Shown: positions 18,643 to 27,799 of the stretch, piece by piece
Numbering within the stretch: the stretch's first letter is position 1
Layout of the letters: each line of letters begins with the position of its first letter
NCBI GenBank assembly: GCA_002011035.2
Contig: MTLY02000001.1
Location: 32,001-96,000, forward strand
Length of the DNA: 64,000 bases
Direction of reading: 5' to 3'
Source: Candidatus Hecatella orcuttiae
GTDB taxonomy: Archaea > Thermoproteota > Bathyarchaeia > Hecatellales > Hecatellaceae
The notes under the pieces: model-generated
What the model saw: only the letters and a program-made list of their open reading frames with translations
Databases searched by the model: none
Told to the model about the DNA's origin: nothing
Made by a program: the position numbers and the translations under genes

Positions 18643-20925
18643 TCAGTTCAGCCAACTGGCTACCACCGACTGTCCGAATGATATCCCCCCGTCTCCGGGG
18701 GGAATTTGAATGTGGGTGAAAAAGTTGAATCCTTCTCCCTCCACAATGTTTCTGATGACCCTGCTGATGTGCTCGTTGTAGGCTACACCTCCAGAGAAGC
18801 CAACAGCTTGAACTCCTAGCCTATCGCATTCTTTCACAGCTAATTCAGCTAGCCCCCTAGCTAGGTAGGACTCTGCAGAGTAAGCTAGGTCCGCGGGTGA
18901 ATGTTCATCTCGTCGAATGAACACTTCCTTAAGGAGATATGACGTGTCGAGAACTCCTCCGGAAATCTTAGGCGTTAAGCACAGGATGTCTCTACCTTTT
19001 ATGGCGGCAGATTCAAGCTTCACGGCAGGTTCTCCTTCATAGGTCCGTTCATAGCATAAGCCCAGCAACGCTGAGACGGCATCTAAAACTCTTCCACAGC
19101 TTGTGGTCTTGGGGGCGTGCCCGCTTTCCAACTGCCTTAAGACTACGCCTAACTCCATTTCCCCACGGGGGAAACATCTAACATTTGAATATAGCCATTC
19201 TTCGACATCCACCAACCCGTGAAGAATGCCAGCTACCATCCTCAACGGGTAACGGGTGGCAGCGTCTCCACCGACCATAGGCTGCTCTTGAAGATGGGCA
19301 AGCCGTCTGAAGCCGTCTCGGTCGCAGTATAGAATTTCTCCACCCCATGCGGATCCGTCGGAGCCGTAGCCGAAGCCGTCGCAGCAGATGCCGATCATAT
19401 GGGTGAGGTTATGCTCGGCCATGAGAGCTGCTATGTGGGCGTGGTGGTGTTGAACCTGCACCACGGGACATCCGAGCTTCTCCGCCAGCTCGTAGGCGAA
19501 TTTGGTTGTGCTAAATTTAGGGTGCAGATCGCAGGCGATTACCTCAACTTTGAGGTTTGTCAGCTTTAGCAGATGGTCTGTGGCACTTTTAAGATAGTTA
19601 AGGGTTTCAAGATTTTCCACGTCTCCAATATATTGCGAGATAAAAGCCCGCTTTCCGGAAAGCACGCAAGAAGCCACATTTTCTTCAGCCCCCAAACCTA
19701 AAGCGCAACGTTTCACTTCGGATCCCAAGTGAATCGGTGCGGGGGCGTAGCCTCTGGATCGACGGATGAGGGTGGGGGTTCCTCTATTCACGCGAAGGAC
19801 TGAGTCATCGCATCTTTGGGCTATGTCTCTATCATGCATGAGAAAGAAGTCGACAACAGGCCTCAGCCTCCTCACGGCTTCCTGATTTTCCACAATAATG
19901 GGCTCGCTGGGAGGGTTAGCGCTGGTCATCACTAGAGCTGGTTCATTTATGCTATCAAAGAGCATGTAGTGGAGGCCTGTGTAAGGCAGCATGACGCCTA
20001 CGTTGTGAAGACCCGGGGAGATCAGGTCTGAAAGATAAAAATTTTCACTCTTCTTCAGCAGAACTATGGGCTTTATGTACGATGTCAGAAGAGCAGCTTC
20101 CTCCTTTCCCACCTCCGCAAAGGATTTCACCGCCTCAAGGTCTCGGGCCATCACGGCGAAAGGCTTCTGCGCCCGGTGCTTGGCCTTCCTCAGCCTGATT
20201 ATCGGCTCAGGCTTCATCGTCGATGTAGCCACATGGAAGCCGCCGTTTCCTTTAACAGCCACTATGTAGCCTTCTTCAAGCAGCCGGCCTGCTTCTCTGA
20301 TAGGATCCTGATGGTCGAGGATCTGTCCGTCTTTTGAGGTTAAAAAAACTCTGGGGCCGCACCGAGGACAGGCCACAGTTTGGGCGTGAAACCGCCGATT
20401 TAAGGGGTCCGTGTACTCTCGACTGCAATCTTCGCACATGGGGAAGCGGTTCATCACTGTGTTGGGTCTGTCGTAGGGTAGTTTCTCTATTATAGTATAC
20501 CGAGGGCCGCAGTCGGTGCAGGTGATGAAGAAATAGCCGTATCGCCTGTCCTTTAGGTCACGAAGCTCACGAAGACAGTTGTCGCAGATGGAAATGTCCG
20601 GTGGGATTATGGACCCTGAAAGGTCGCTCTTTTCACTGCTCTTAAGGATGATGAACCTTGAAAATTCTCCCTTATCCTCTGCATAGTTCACGCTTAACTC
20701 GTAGATCCGGGCCAAAGGCGGCTTCTTCCTCTCAAGGTCATCAATGAACCTTTTGACATTTTCCTCCGACCCTTCAACAACTATCTCCACACCTGCATCT
20801 CCACGGTTTCGAACAGTACCTTTCAGCTGGTTCTCTGCCGCAATACGGTAAATGAAGGGACGGAAGCCTACGCCTTGAACAATCCCCGTGACTAAGATTT
20901 CAGCGCGCAGAGGCCCGCACACCAA
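18643..20925 (-). CDS. hypF: Carbamoyltransferase HypF
   Basis: Acylphosphatase VQGVGFRP, zinc fingers, QHHHAH, DG.GYG and PGDGGIS motifs. Confidence 0.96.
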   Translation of the reverse strand: MVCGPLRAEILVTGIVQGVGFRPFIYRIAAENQLKGTVRNRGDAGVEIVVEGSEENVKRFIDDLERKKPPLARIYELSVNYAEDKGEFSRFIILKSSEKSDLSGSIIPPDISICDNCLRELRDLKDRRYGYFFITCTDCGPRYTIIEKLPYDRPNTVMNRFPMCEDCSREYTDPLNRRFHAQTVACPRCGPRVFLTSKDGQILDHQDPIREAGRLLEEGYIVAVKGNGGFHVATSTMKPEPIIRLRKAKHRAQKPFAVMARDLEAVKSFAEVGKEEAALLTSYIKPIVLLKKSENFYLSDLISPGLHNVGVMLPYTGLHYMLFDSINEPALVMTSANPPSEPIIVENQEAVRRLRPVVDFFLMHDRDIAQRCDDSVLRVNRGTPTLIRRSRGYAPAPIHLGSEVKRCALGLGAEENVASCVLSGKRAFISQYIGDVENLETLNYLKSATDHLLKLTNLKVEVIACDLHPKFSTTKFAYELAEKLGCPVVQVQHHHAHIAALMAEHNLTHMIGICCDGFGYGSDGSAWGGEILYCDRDGFRRLAHLQEQPMVGGDAATRYPLRMVAGILHGLVDVEEWLYSNVRCFPRGEMELGVVLRQLESGHAPKTTSCGRVLDAVSALLGLCYERTYEGEPAVKLESAAIKGRDILCLTPKISGGVLDTSYLLKEVFIRRDEHSPADLAYSAESYLARGLAELAVKECDRLGVQAVGFSGGVAYNEHISRVIRNIVEGEGFNFFTHIQIPPGDGGISFGQSVVASWLN

Positions 20926-20971
20926 GTCCGCTTGAATTGCATTTTAAGGAAAGATCGCGGTACATTTATTC

Positions 20972-23140
20972 CTATTGCGGGCTACGTGAGCTTATTTTGT
21001 AAACTTTGCAGAGAGTGCCTCTAACCCGAACAGACCCGCATATTTTTTCCCTTGGCGGAGCATCAGATGTTATGACATTGATGTTTGATTCGAAACAGCC
21101 ATGCTGTGGGGATGGCTTCTCCGGGAACCACCATCCATGTCTTGCGTGGGCGACCATGGGATGAATGCCGGCTGTAAGTTTAGCTTTAAACTTAACTCTC
21201 TCACCCTTAACCTGCGGGGTCTCAACCCAAACCCAGTCGCCGTCTTTAATGCCCATCTTAGTTGCCGTTTCCGGATGAATTTCAATCTCAGGGTCGGGTG
21301 CCAGCCTACGCAAGCTTGGAATCTGGCGGCCCTCAGAATGGAAATAGTTAATATGCCTTGAACCTGTAATCAAAATGAGGGGATATTCTTCTAAAAATTC
21401 CGGTGAGCCTACAGGGCTCTCCGGTGGTTCCACGTAAGTTAGCAGCGGGTCGTATCTGTATTTTTCCAGAATTGTTGAATAAAGCTCCACCTTTCCTGTG
21501 GGTGTTTTAAAACCCTCACTTTCATATTTTTTATATTTCAGAGGCGTCATGATGTGTCCTTTTTTCTTAAACGATTCAAACGTTATTCCTAGTCCTTTAA
21601 CTCTCCAGTCATTGAATTCCCCAACACTGTTCCAAGGAAGAAACCTTCTGTTCGCCCAAGGGATTCTTTTAACCAGTTCTATAACTATTTTCATATCATG
21701 CCAACACTCAGAAGGCGGCTCTATTACTTTCTGTCTAGCGGCAATGTAATTTACGTATGAAAGATTACAGCCGTCGTCTCTTTCAAGCCACATGGCAGCT
21801 GGGAGGACATAGTCGGCTAATTCGGCAGTAGGGGTCATGAAAAAGTCAACGACAACCAAAAGTTCAAGCTTTTTCAATGTTTCCCAGACTTTCTTACTGT
21901 TCTGAATGTTAATAACAGGATTTCCTCCCCCACAGAACAACGCCTTTACAGGATAGGGTTTACTGGTTAAAATAGCATCGATCAGAAGCAGAGAATTAAC
22001 AAAGGGAAGCAACGCTTCTTCTCCTGATGTAAGAGGATAAACGTTGCTCCCTATGCGCCTCTTCTCCAAGGATGGATCTGGCCGAAGCGCCCTTGCCTCT
22101 TTTCCCACTCCCAGTAGCAGCTCATCACCTACATATCCTTCCAAGTTTACAGAAAAAAGGTTTCCTCCTTTTACGTCAAGATTTCCCGTAAGTGCTATGA
22201 GTACAGCTAAAGCCCGATTCGTCTGAGTGGAATTGAGGTTATGCTCCACCGCTACACGGTGGTGGAGAACCGCCGGCTTTGTCGTCGCATAAATTCTGGC
22301 AGCTTCCTTTATCTTTTCAGCTGAAATCCAAGTTATGTCGGCTACTCTTTCAGGAGGATACTGCTTTAAGTGTTCTTTTAGCGCATCAAATCCGTGGCAC
22401 CATTTTTCAACAAACTCCTTATCGTATAGTTCCTCCTCTAGGATCACATATATCATCCCCAAAGCTAAGGCAACATCTGTTCCAGGTCTGACCTGTAACC
22501 ACAAGTCTGCTTGAGAAGCGAGAACTGTCTTCCGTGGATCGATGACGATGAGCTTAACATTTCTTTTCTGCTTAGCCTCAATGATCTCCATTCCTCGCGG
22601 TGGATGGGAAACCACCGGGTTTCCACCCCAAACCACAATGCAGTTTGCGTTTTCGTAATCAGGTCCCACCTCCATCATAACAGACTTGCCGAAAGTGCAG
22701 TTTTCCGCTATTAAGGAAGGAGCAAAGCATATGTGCAAATCAACACTTCCAACATTCGGACTGTTCAGCGCGTAAACAAGTAGACAGGTAGAATAAAGAG
22801 TAGGTCGAGGGCCAGTGCCGTGAATTGAAGCAATTGACTCGGAGCCGTATTTTTCTTTAATTTCCGTAAGCTTTTCAGCAATCTCATTTAAGGCTTGATC
22901 CCATGATATCCTCCGCCATTTCCCTCCACCTCGTTCTCCAACCCTCTTCAGTGGATGCTTTAAACGGTCAAGATGTTCCACAAATTCTGAATATTTTTCA
23001 CCTTTAACGCAGATAAACCCGCGGTTCAATGGAAAAGCCGGGTCGCCTTCGATCTTCACTACTCTTTCATTCTCAACGTGAACGAGAACTCCGCATTCGC
23101 AATGACAAGCTTGGCATATAGTCTTGACTGTTCTTTTCAA
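20972..23140 (-). CDS. Cytoplasmic Mo/W-bisPGD oxidoreductase, acetylene-hydratase-like
   Basis: N-terminal CQACHCEC...C [4Fe-4S] motif, putative metal-ligand Cys in DLHICFAP, PGTD, TPTAELADYVLP, TPTGKVE; no Tat signal. Confidence 0.75.
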   Translation of the reverse strand: MKRTVKTICQACHCECGVLVHVENERVVKIEGDPAFPLNRGFICVKGEKYSEFVEHLDRLKHPLKRVGERGGGKWRRISWDQALNEIAEKLTEIKEKYGSESIASIHGTGPRPTLYSTCLLVYALNSPNVGSVDLHICFAPSLIAENCTFGKSVMMEVGPDYENANCIVVWGGNPVVSHPPRGMEIIEAKQKRNVKLIVIDPRKTVLASQADLWLQVRPGTDVALALGMIYVILEEELYDKEFVEKWCHGFDALKEHLKQYPPERVADITWISAEKIKEAARIYATTKPAVLHHRVAVEHNLNSTQTNRALAVLIALTGNLDVKGGNLFSVNLEGYVGDELLLGVGKEARALRPDPSLEKRRIGSNVYPLTSGEEALLPFVNSLLLIDAILTSKPYPVKALFCGGGNPVINIQNSKKVWETLKKLELLVVVDFFMTPTAELADYVLPAAMWLERDDGCNLSYVNYIAARQKVIEPPSECWHDMKIVIELVKRIPWANRRFLPWNSVGEFNDWRVKGLGITFESFKKKGHIMTPLKYKKYESEGFKTPTGKVELYSTILEKYRYDPLLTYVEPPESPVGSPEFLEEYPLILITGSRHINYFHSEGRQIPSLRRLAPDPEIEIHPETATKMGIKDGDWVWVETPQVKGERVKFKAKLTAGIHPMVAHARHGWWFPEKPSPQHGCFESNINVITSDAPPREKICGSVRVRGTLCKVYKISSRSPQ

Positions 23141-23200
23141 ACTTACCCCTGCCTAGAAATTGAATATCTCCCCGACAAACTATTTATCGTTTCAGGAGCA

Positions 23201-23278
23201 TGGCGGGCCCGGGGGGATTTGAACCCCCGACCTACAACTTAGGAGGCTGCCGCGCTGTCCTGACTGCGCCACGGGCCC
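23201..23278 (-). tRNA. tRNA-Arg(CCT), intronless, CCA encoded
   Basis: GGGCCCG acceptor stem, GCAGC-CTCCTAA-GTTGT anticodon arm, GGTTCAAATCC T-arm, ends GCCA. Confidence 0.93.
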
Positions 23279-23371
23279 AACTTTAGGTGAAAATAAAAGA
23301 TTTTAAACCTTTTCACGGAAGGGCGGTTAAACTAATTAAGACTGGGAGTCTCCCCTTATAGGGGAAGCTAT

Positions 23372-23508
23372 GCGGGGGTTCCCGAGCCGGGTCAAAGGGG
23401 CAGGGCCGCTCACCGCGGGGCCTAACTTAAGATCCCTCACCTCGGGTTAGCCTATGAGAAATCCTGTGGCGAAGGCTTTCGTGGGTTCAAATCCCACCCC
23501 CCGCACCA
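23372..23508 (+). tRNA. tRNA-Leu(TAA) with two introns (30/31: 23405-23424; 37/38: 23432-23460)
   Basis: Removing both introns gives GCGGGGG...CAGGA-CTTAAGA-TCCTG, a long variable arm, GGTTCAAATCC and ACCA; both junctions fold as relaxed BHB motifs. Confidence 0.87.
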
Positions 23509-23819
23509 GATAAGTTCGATTCCCAAGCCCGTTTTATTGGGCGGACAAGCTAGGTAGAGATACCAGCAAAATCGGATTTTAGAGAAGAGGCGAAAGGGAA
23601 TTGGGAAGGAGGAGAAAAACTCAGCTTCCCAAGGAATGTCGTCCTGACCAGCCTGTACATCCATGCGGCTCCACCGAGTTTTGTCCAGAAGACCCTGAAA
23701 AATGCATTTTCTTCAGAGGAGGGCTGAGATAACCCTTTTCCAAAACAGCTTGAAAAGTGGCTTCGGAAACCTGGGTTCACGGAGTCTCTTTGCGGATCTT
23801 TCTCAGGTTTGCATGTAAT

Positions 23820-24380
23820 TTATTTTTTTATTATTCTTCTTAGTTTCTTAAAAAACCTAGGCAACGAGCGGTGTTTTCTCGCCTTCTTTAATTCAAGTAT
23901 ATCCCCACGCCAAACGCTGTCTTCTTCAAGCTTGTGGAAGACCAAATACTTCACCGCTCCGTCTCCAGTGTCATATACTTCAATTCCCTCGGCATCATAA
24001 CCGACAACTACAAGGGCGTGCGCTTCAACTCGCTCAGGGTCGTAGAGGGTGATGATTGGAGGGATGTCTCTGTCTACGAGTCCTTTGACTTTCTTCTTCC
24101 AAATCTGAAAATTGCCATAACTTTCATCCCAGCGTTTAATGTCAATTCCATCTTTTTTGAAGACTTCTCTCAGACAAGCAACTACTTCCCGAAAGTCGGA
24201 TCCTTGAAACATCCCTCTCCGTCCCTCCGCTAACCGCCGTACTATGCCATCTTGGTCCCAGTTTTTTGAGAGGTTGGTGAAGCGGAGAACGACCTCCATG
24301 GACGCGGGGATACATTGATTTTGCCCTGTTTGGACTACTTTGCAAGTGGAGATTGTTTGAAAATCTTTTATCCTTCTCAA
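23820..24380 (-). CDS. C39-like (papain-fold) cysteine peptidase
   Basis: Q...NQCIPASMEVVL, HALVVVGYD and VYDT give a Cys-His-Asp triad pattern. Confidence 0.7.
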   Translation of the reverse strand: MRRIKDFQTISTCKVVQTGQNQCIPASMEVVLRFTNLSKNWDQDGIVRRLAEGRRGMFQGSDFREVVACLREVFKKDGIDIKRWDESYGNFQIWKKKVKGLVDRDIPPIITLYDPERVEAHALVVVGYDAEGIEVYDTGDGAVKYLVFHKLEEDSVWRGDILELKKARKHRSLPRFFKKLRRIIKK

Positions 24381-24728
24381 AGATGCAGCCTTCTCGTTTC
24401 AAGTATTTTTCATGACAAGCGTGGCTATATGCCTTGTTCTATCCGACTGTAGATGATAGTGGTTTGCACCTTAACATAGTTTCTTTAGACTGCTTTACAT
24501 ACCGCGGCAATGGACATGCAACCGCAGTCGACTTTAAGGCAGAAATGCCCCCGCCCAATACCTGCAAGGTATGTCATGCGAAAATGTAGATCAAGCGGCT
24601 TTAAACCGGTCTAATCTAATTTAGGACGGCCCCTTTTGGAGGGTGATTGTTTGGCAGTTGAATATTGTTATTTTAGGGAGAGATTTTCGACATGTTTAAA
24701 TGTGTATGTTTAACCGAGTATTCCAGAA

Positions 24729-26399
24729 ATGGGCAGGCTGAGAGGACCATTTGTAAGGTTTCTGCTTTTGATGCTCATTTTTTCTACGTTAGCAAGCGCA
24801 CAGTTTACCCTTCGGACGGTTTCTTCCACCCCGCCGCACTTAGAGGTGGATAAGTCTGTAAATCCTTCAAAAATATGGATCAAAAGTCTAGGCTTCACCC
24901 CAGAAAAGGCTAGAATAACCCTAACCCTCAGAGGGGTCGGTGACCCTGCGGTTCAAAGTTTCCCCATCGACGTGGTGCTGATCGTGGACAGGTCTGCGAG
25001 TATGGCTGAAGGAGAAAAGTTGGAAGGCGCTAGGTACGCTGTGAGTAGTTTTCTGAAGCTTCTAAACCCGGAGATAGACCGTTCAAGTCTAGTGTCTTTT
25101 TCTTCTTCAGCAAGAATAGATAGAAAGTTGACATTTAACCACATGCAAGTTCAGGAAGCCATCATGGGCCTGAGTCCAGAAGGCGCAACTGCCCTAGGCG
25201 ACGCTATTCACCTAGCCAACTTGGAACTGTCTTCCCATGGAAGACCGCAAGCCGTTTTGGTGGAGATCCTACTGTCAGATGGGGCTGCAAACATAGGCTC
25301 GGACCCTGTGAGGCGGGCTGAGGAGGCGGCGGATATGGGCATCGTCATCTACAGCATAGGATTAGGAGTGCCCACGGAAGAAAGTCTATCCTTGCTGGAA
25401 CATGTGGCTAAGTTGACTGGTGGTAAATATTATTCTGCACCGGATCCCGCCAACCTTGAAGGCATCTACCGCGAGGTGGCGCAGCAATTAAGCAGCTTGG
25501 CTGGGAAGAACATAGTTGTAAAAGAGGTTCTGCCAGATTACCTCAACCTAGAAGGCGATTACACCCTAGAGCCTGTCGAGGTTATCCTTAACCCCGATGG
25601 GACTACAACCATCTTCTGGGATGCAGGTTTCCTTCCCATAGGTGATACGTGGACTGTGTCTTTCAACGTAAGCTCATCCCAAGGCGGCTTTCTCCCCGCG
25701 GATGTTTATGGAGAAACAAAGGTTGCCTATACAGATTATAAGGGAGAGTTCGCGAGCGTCATCTTCCCGGAAGTAAAGATATTGGTGAGAACAGTCAATC
25801 ATCCACCAGTGGCAGATGCTGGAGCCGACATGTTTGTTGAACAAACCACGTATCAGGGTGCGATGGTGACCCTCAACGGGTCCAGTTCCTTCGACCCAGA
25901 CGGGGACTCGCTAACCTACATTTGGACATGGGACGGTAACATTGTTTCAGGTGAAAGCCCAACTGTGCTGTTACCGTTAGGGGAGACGGTGGTGATGCTA
26001 ACCGTAGATGATGGAGTTTTTTCGGATACCGATACGGTGAAGGTCACTGTCCACGAAACCACACAGTTCACTGCCCCCTTAGTTTACGAACAACCTTCAA
26101 CCTCTATTAGGGAGGAGGTGAGAGGGATTGACGTAGAAAGCCTGTTTAGAGTAACGTTCGTACCTTTTTACGCTCTCTTTTTCAGGGAGATTATCCTCCT
26201 ATCCGTGTTGTTGCTTCTGGTGGTCTTGCTGGTTATGATGACAAGAAGTCAGAGAATCTACGACCGATATGGTGAGGAGTATATGAAGCTTCTTAAGCAG
26301 TTCATGGTGCATAGGATTCTGGTAAAAATTCTGTACTTGTTGTTGGTCATCCTTGCCATAACCCTGTTTATACTCCCCATTCTCTTGGCTATCTTCTGA
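24729..26399 (+). CDS. Secreted, membrane-anchored vWA-domain surface protein with Ig/PKD-like domains
   Basis: Signal peptide, MIDAS DRSASM...T...LSDG, NHPPVADAG...SFDPDGDSLTYIW PKD-like repeat, two C-terminal TM helices. Confidence 0.8.
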   Translation: MGRLRGPFVRFLLLMLIFSTLASAQFTLRTVSSTPPHLEVDKSVNPSKIWIKSLGFTPEKARITLTLRGVGDPAVQSFPIDVVLIVDRSASMAEGEKLEGARYAVSSFLKLLNPEIDRSSLVSFSSSARIDRKLTFNHMQVQEAIMGLSPEGATALGDAIHLANLELSSHGRPQAVLVEILLSDGAANIGSDPVRRAEEAADMGIVIYSIGLGVPTEESLSLLEHVAKLTGGKYYSAPDPANLEGIYREVAQQLSSLAGKNIVVKEVLPDYLNLEGDYTLEPVEVILNPDGTTTIFWDAGFLPIGDTWTVSFNVSSSQGGFLPADVYGETKVAYTDYKGEFASVIFPEVKILVRTVNHPPVADAGADMFVEQTTYQGAMVTLNGSSSFDPDGDSLTYIWTWDGNIVSGESPTVLLPLGETVVMLTVDDGVFSDTDTVKVTVHETTQFTAPLVYEQPSTSIREEVRGIDVESLFRVTFVPFYALFFREIILLSVLLLLVVLLVMMTRSQRIYDRYGEEYMKLLKQFMVHRILVKILYLLLVILAITLFILPILLAIF

Positions 26400-26588
26400 T
26401 TCTGAAGAGAAAAATAACTTAAAAGAGACAACCTGTTTTCGAAATAGAAGTGGAGGCTCTTAACATAGAAAGCTGAGCGAAAGACCGTATAAATAAAATA
26501 TATATCGGAAGCTTTTCATGAAAAGCTGATTTGTTGAGGATACTCTCATAGGCGGCGGAGGTTCAGACCGTCCAGAGGAGAGAAGGCG

Positions 26589-26726
26589 TTACCATTCTTC
26601 TTCCTCAGCCCACTCTTCCTCTTCGCCCCATTCCTCCTCTTCCCCGGCCAGCTCTTCTTCTTCTCCAGGGTCTATTTCTCCACCGTTCCAATTTTCATCT
26701 TCCACGTTTAAGGCGGCAGGCATCAT
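26589..26726 (-). CDS. 45-aa highly acidic EEEEW-repeat microprotein (not in ORF track)
   Basis: MMPAALNVEDENWNGGEIDPGEEEELAGEEEEWGEEEEWAEEEEW*; GAGGT RBS 6 nt upstream and TATA-like TTTAAGTA about 50 nt upstream. Confidence 0.65.
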   Translation of the reverse strand: MMPAALNVEDENWNGGEIDPGEEEELAGEEEEWGEEEEWAEEEEW

Positions 26727-26968
26727 TCTTCTACCTCAGCGCATCCTTGGTTTTCTTGAACAGGGTAGTTATACTTAAATTTTATTCCCCTTCTCCGGGA
26801 ACAGCTTCCGGAGGTTCTTATTTTTCCATTCAAGTTTAAATACCACTCCCTAAATTTAGCGGATTTTAAACCTTAGAAACGAAGTTTTTATTAGCAAAGT
26901 AAAATAATGAAAATAAAAAATAAAAGCCGCTTCTAAGGCGCTGACATTCAGCAGGATGTGGAAATCAA

Positions 26969-27799
26969 TTGAATGATATAGTTTCAGCAAAAGAGTTGGC
27001 TCCCAATATCAAGCAGTTTGAAATCTTGGCCCCTCCCGTGGCTACTAAGGTTAGGCCGGGCCATTTCGTGGTTTTGCAGACGGAGGAGGAAGGAGAGCGG
27101 ATACCTTTAACCGTTGTTGACTCCAACCCTGAGAAAGGCACTGTTACCCTCGTGTTTTTGGAAATCGGAGCCTCCACCAAGAAGTTGGGAAAACTGAAGC
27201 AGGGGAACCGCATCCTCCACTTCGTCGGACCCTTGGGGAACCCCTCTGAAATAGAGAAATTCGGGCAAGTTGTCTGCGTAGGGGGAGGAATAGGCGCAGC
27301 GGCCATCTACCCCATCGTCAAGGCTTTAAAGGCTGCGGGCAATCGAGTGATATCCATCATCGGGGCGAGAAACAAGGACCTATTAATATATGAAGAAGAG
27401 CTGCGAAAGGTAAGCGACGAGCTTTATGTAACCACAGACGACGGCTCGAAAGGCCGCCACGGTTTCGTCAGCGACGTTCTGAAGGAGCTACTGGAAAAGG
27501 GCATTCCCATCGACAGGGTCATAGCCGTGGGTCCAGCTGTTATGATGAAGGTGATAAGCAACCTAACCAAGCCCTTCAGAGTTAAAACCATCGTAAGCTT
27601 AAACCCCATCATGGTGGACGCCACGGGCATGTGCGGCTGCTGCAGGGTTTACGTGAGCGGTGAAACCAAATTCGCCTGCGTCGACGGACCTGAATTTGAT
27701 GGGCATCAAGTTGACTTTGACAATCTCCTAGCCCGGCTTCGAACCTACGTGGAGGAGGAAAAGCTTTCTCACCAGATGTTGGAAAAGGGAGAGGGGTGA
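26969..27799 (+). CDS. nfnA: NADH-dependent reduced ferredoxin:NADP+ oxidoreductase small subunit (SudB-like)
   Basis: GERIPLT, GPLG, GGGIG and MVDATGMCGCCRV...FACVDGPEF motifs. Confidence 0.9.
   Translation: MNDIVSAKELAPNIKQFEILAPPVATKVRPGHFVVLQTEEEGERIPLTVVDSNPEKGTVTLVFLEIGASTKKLGKLKQGNRILHFVGPLGNPSEIEKFGQVVCVGGGIGAAAIYPIVKALKAAGNRVISIIGARNKDLLIYEEELRKVSDELYVTTDDGSKGRHGFVSDVLKELLEKGIPIDRVIAVGPAVMMKVISNLTKPFRVKTIVSLNPIMVDATGMCGCCRVYVSGETKFACVDGPEFDGHQVDFDNLLARLRTYVEEEKLSHQMLEKGEG

Noticed and set aside
4495-23278. Large island from the integrase to tRNA-Arg carrying the hydrogenase cluster
   Set aside because: No duplicate of the tRNA-Arg 3' end found near the integrase; the repeats close the element at about 6540.
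23452-23780. Short ORFs at and after the tRNA-Leu 3' end
   Set aside because: One is antisense to the tRNA and neither has a recognisable motif.
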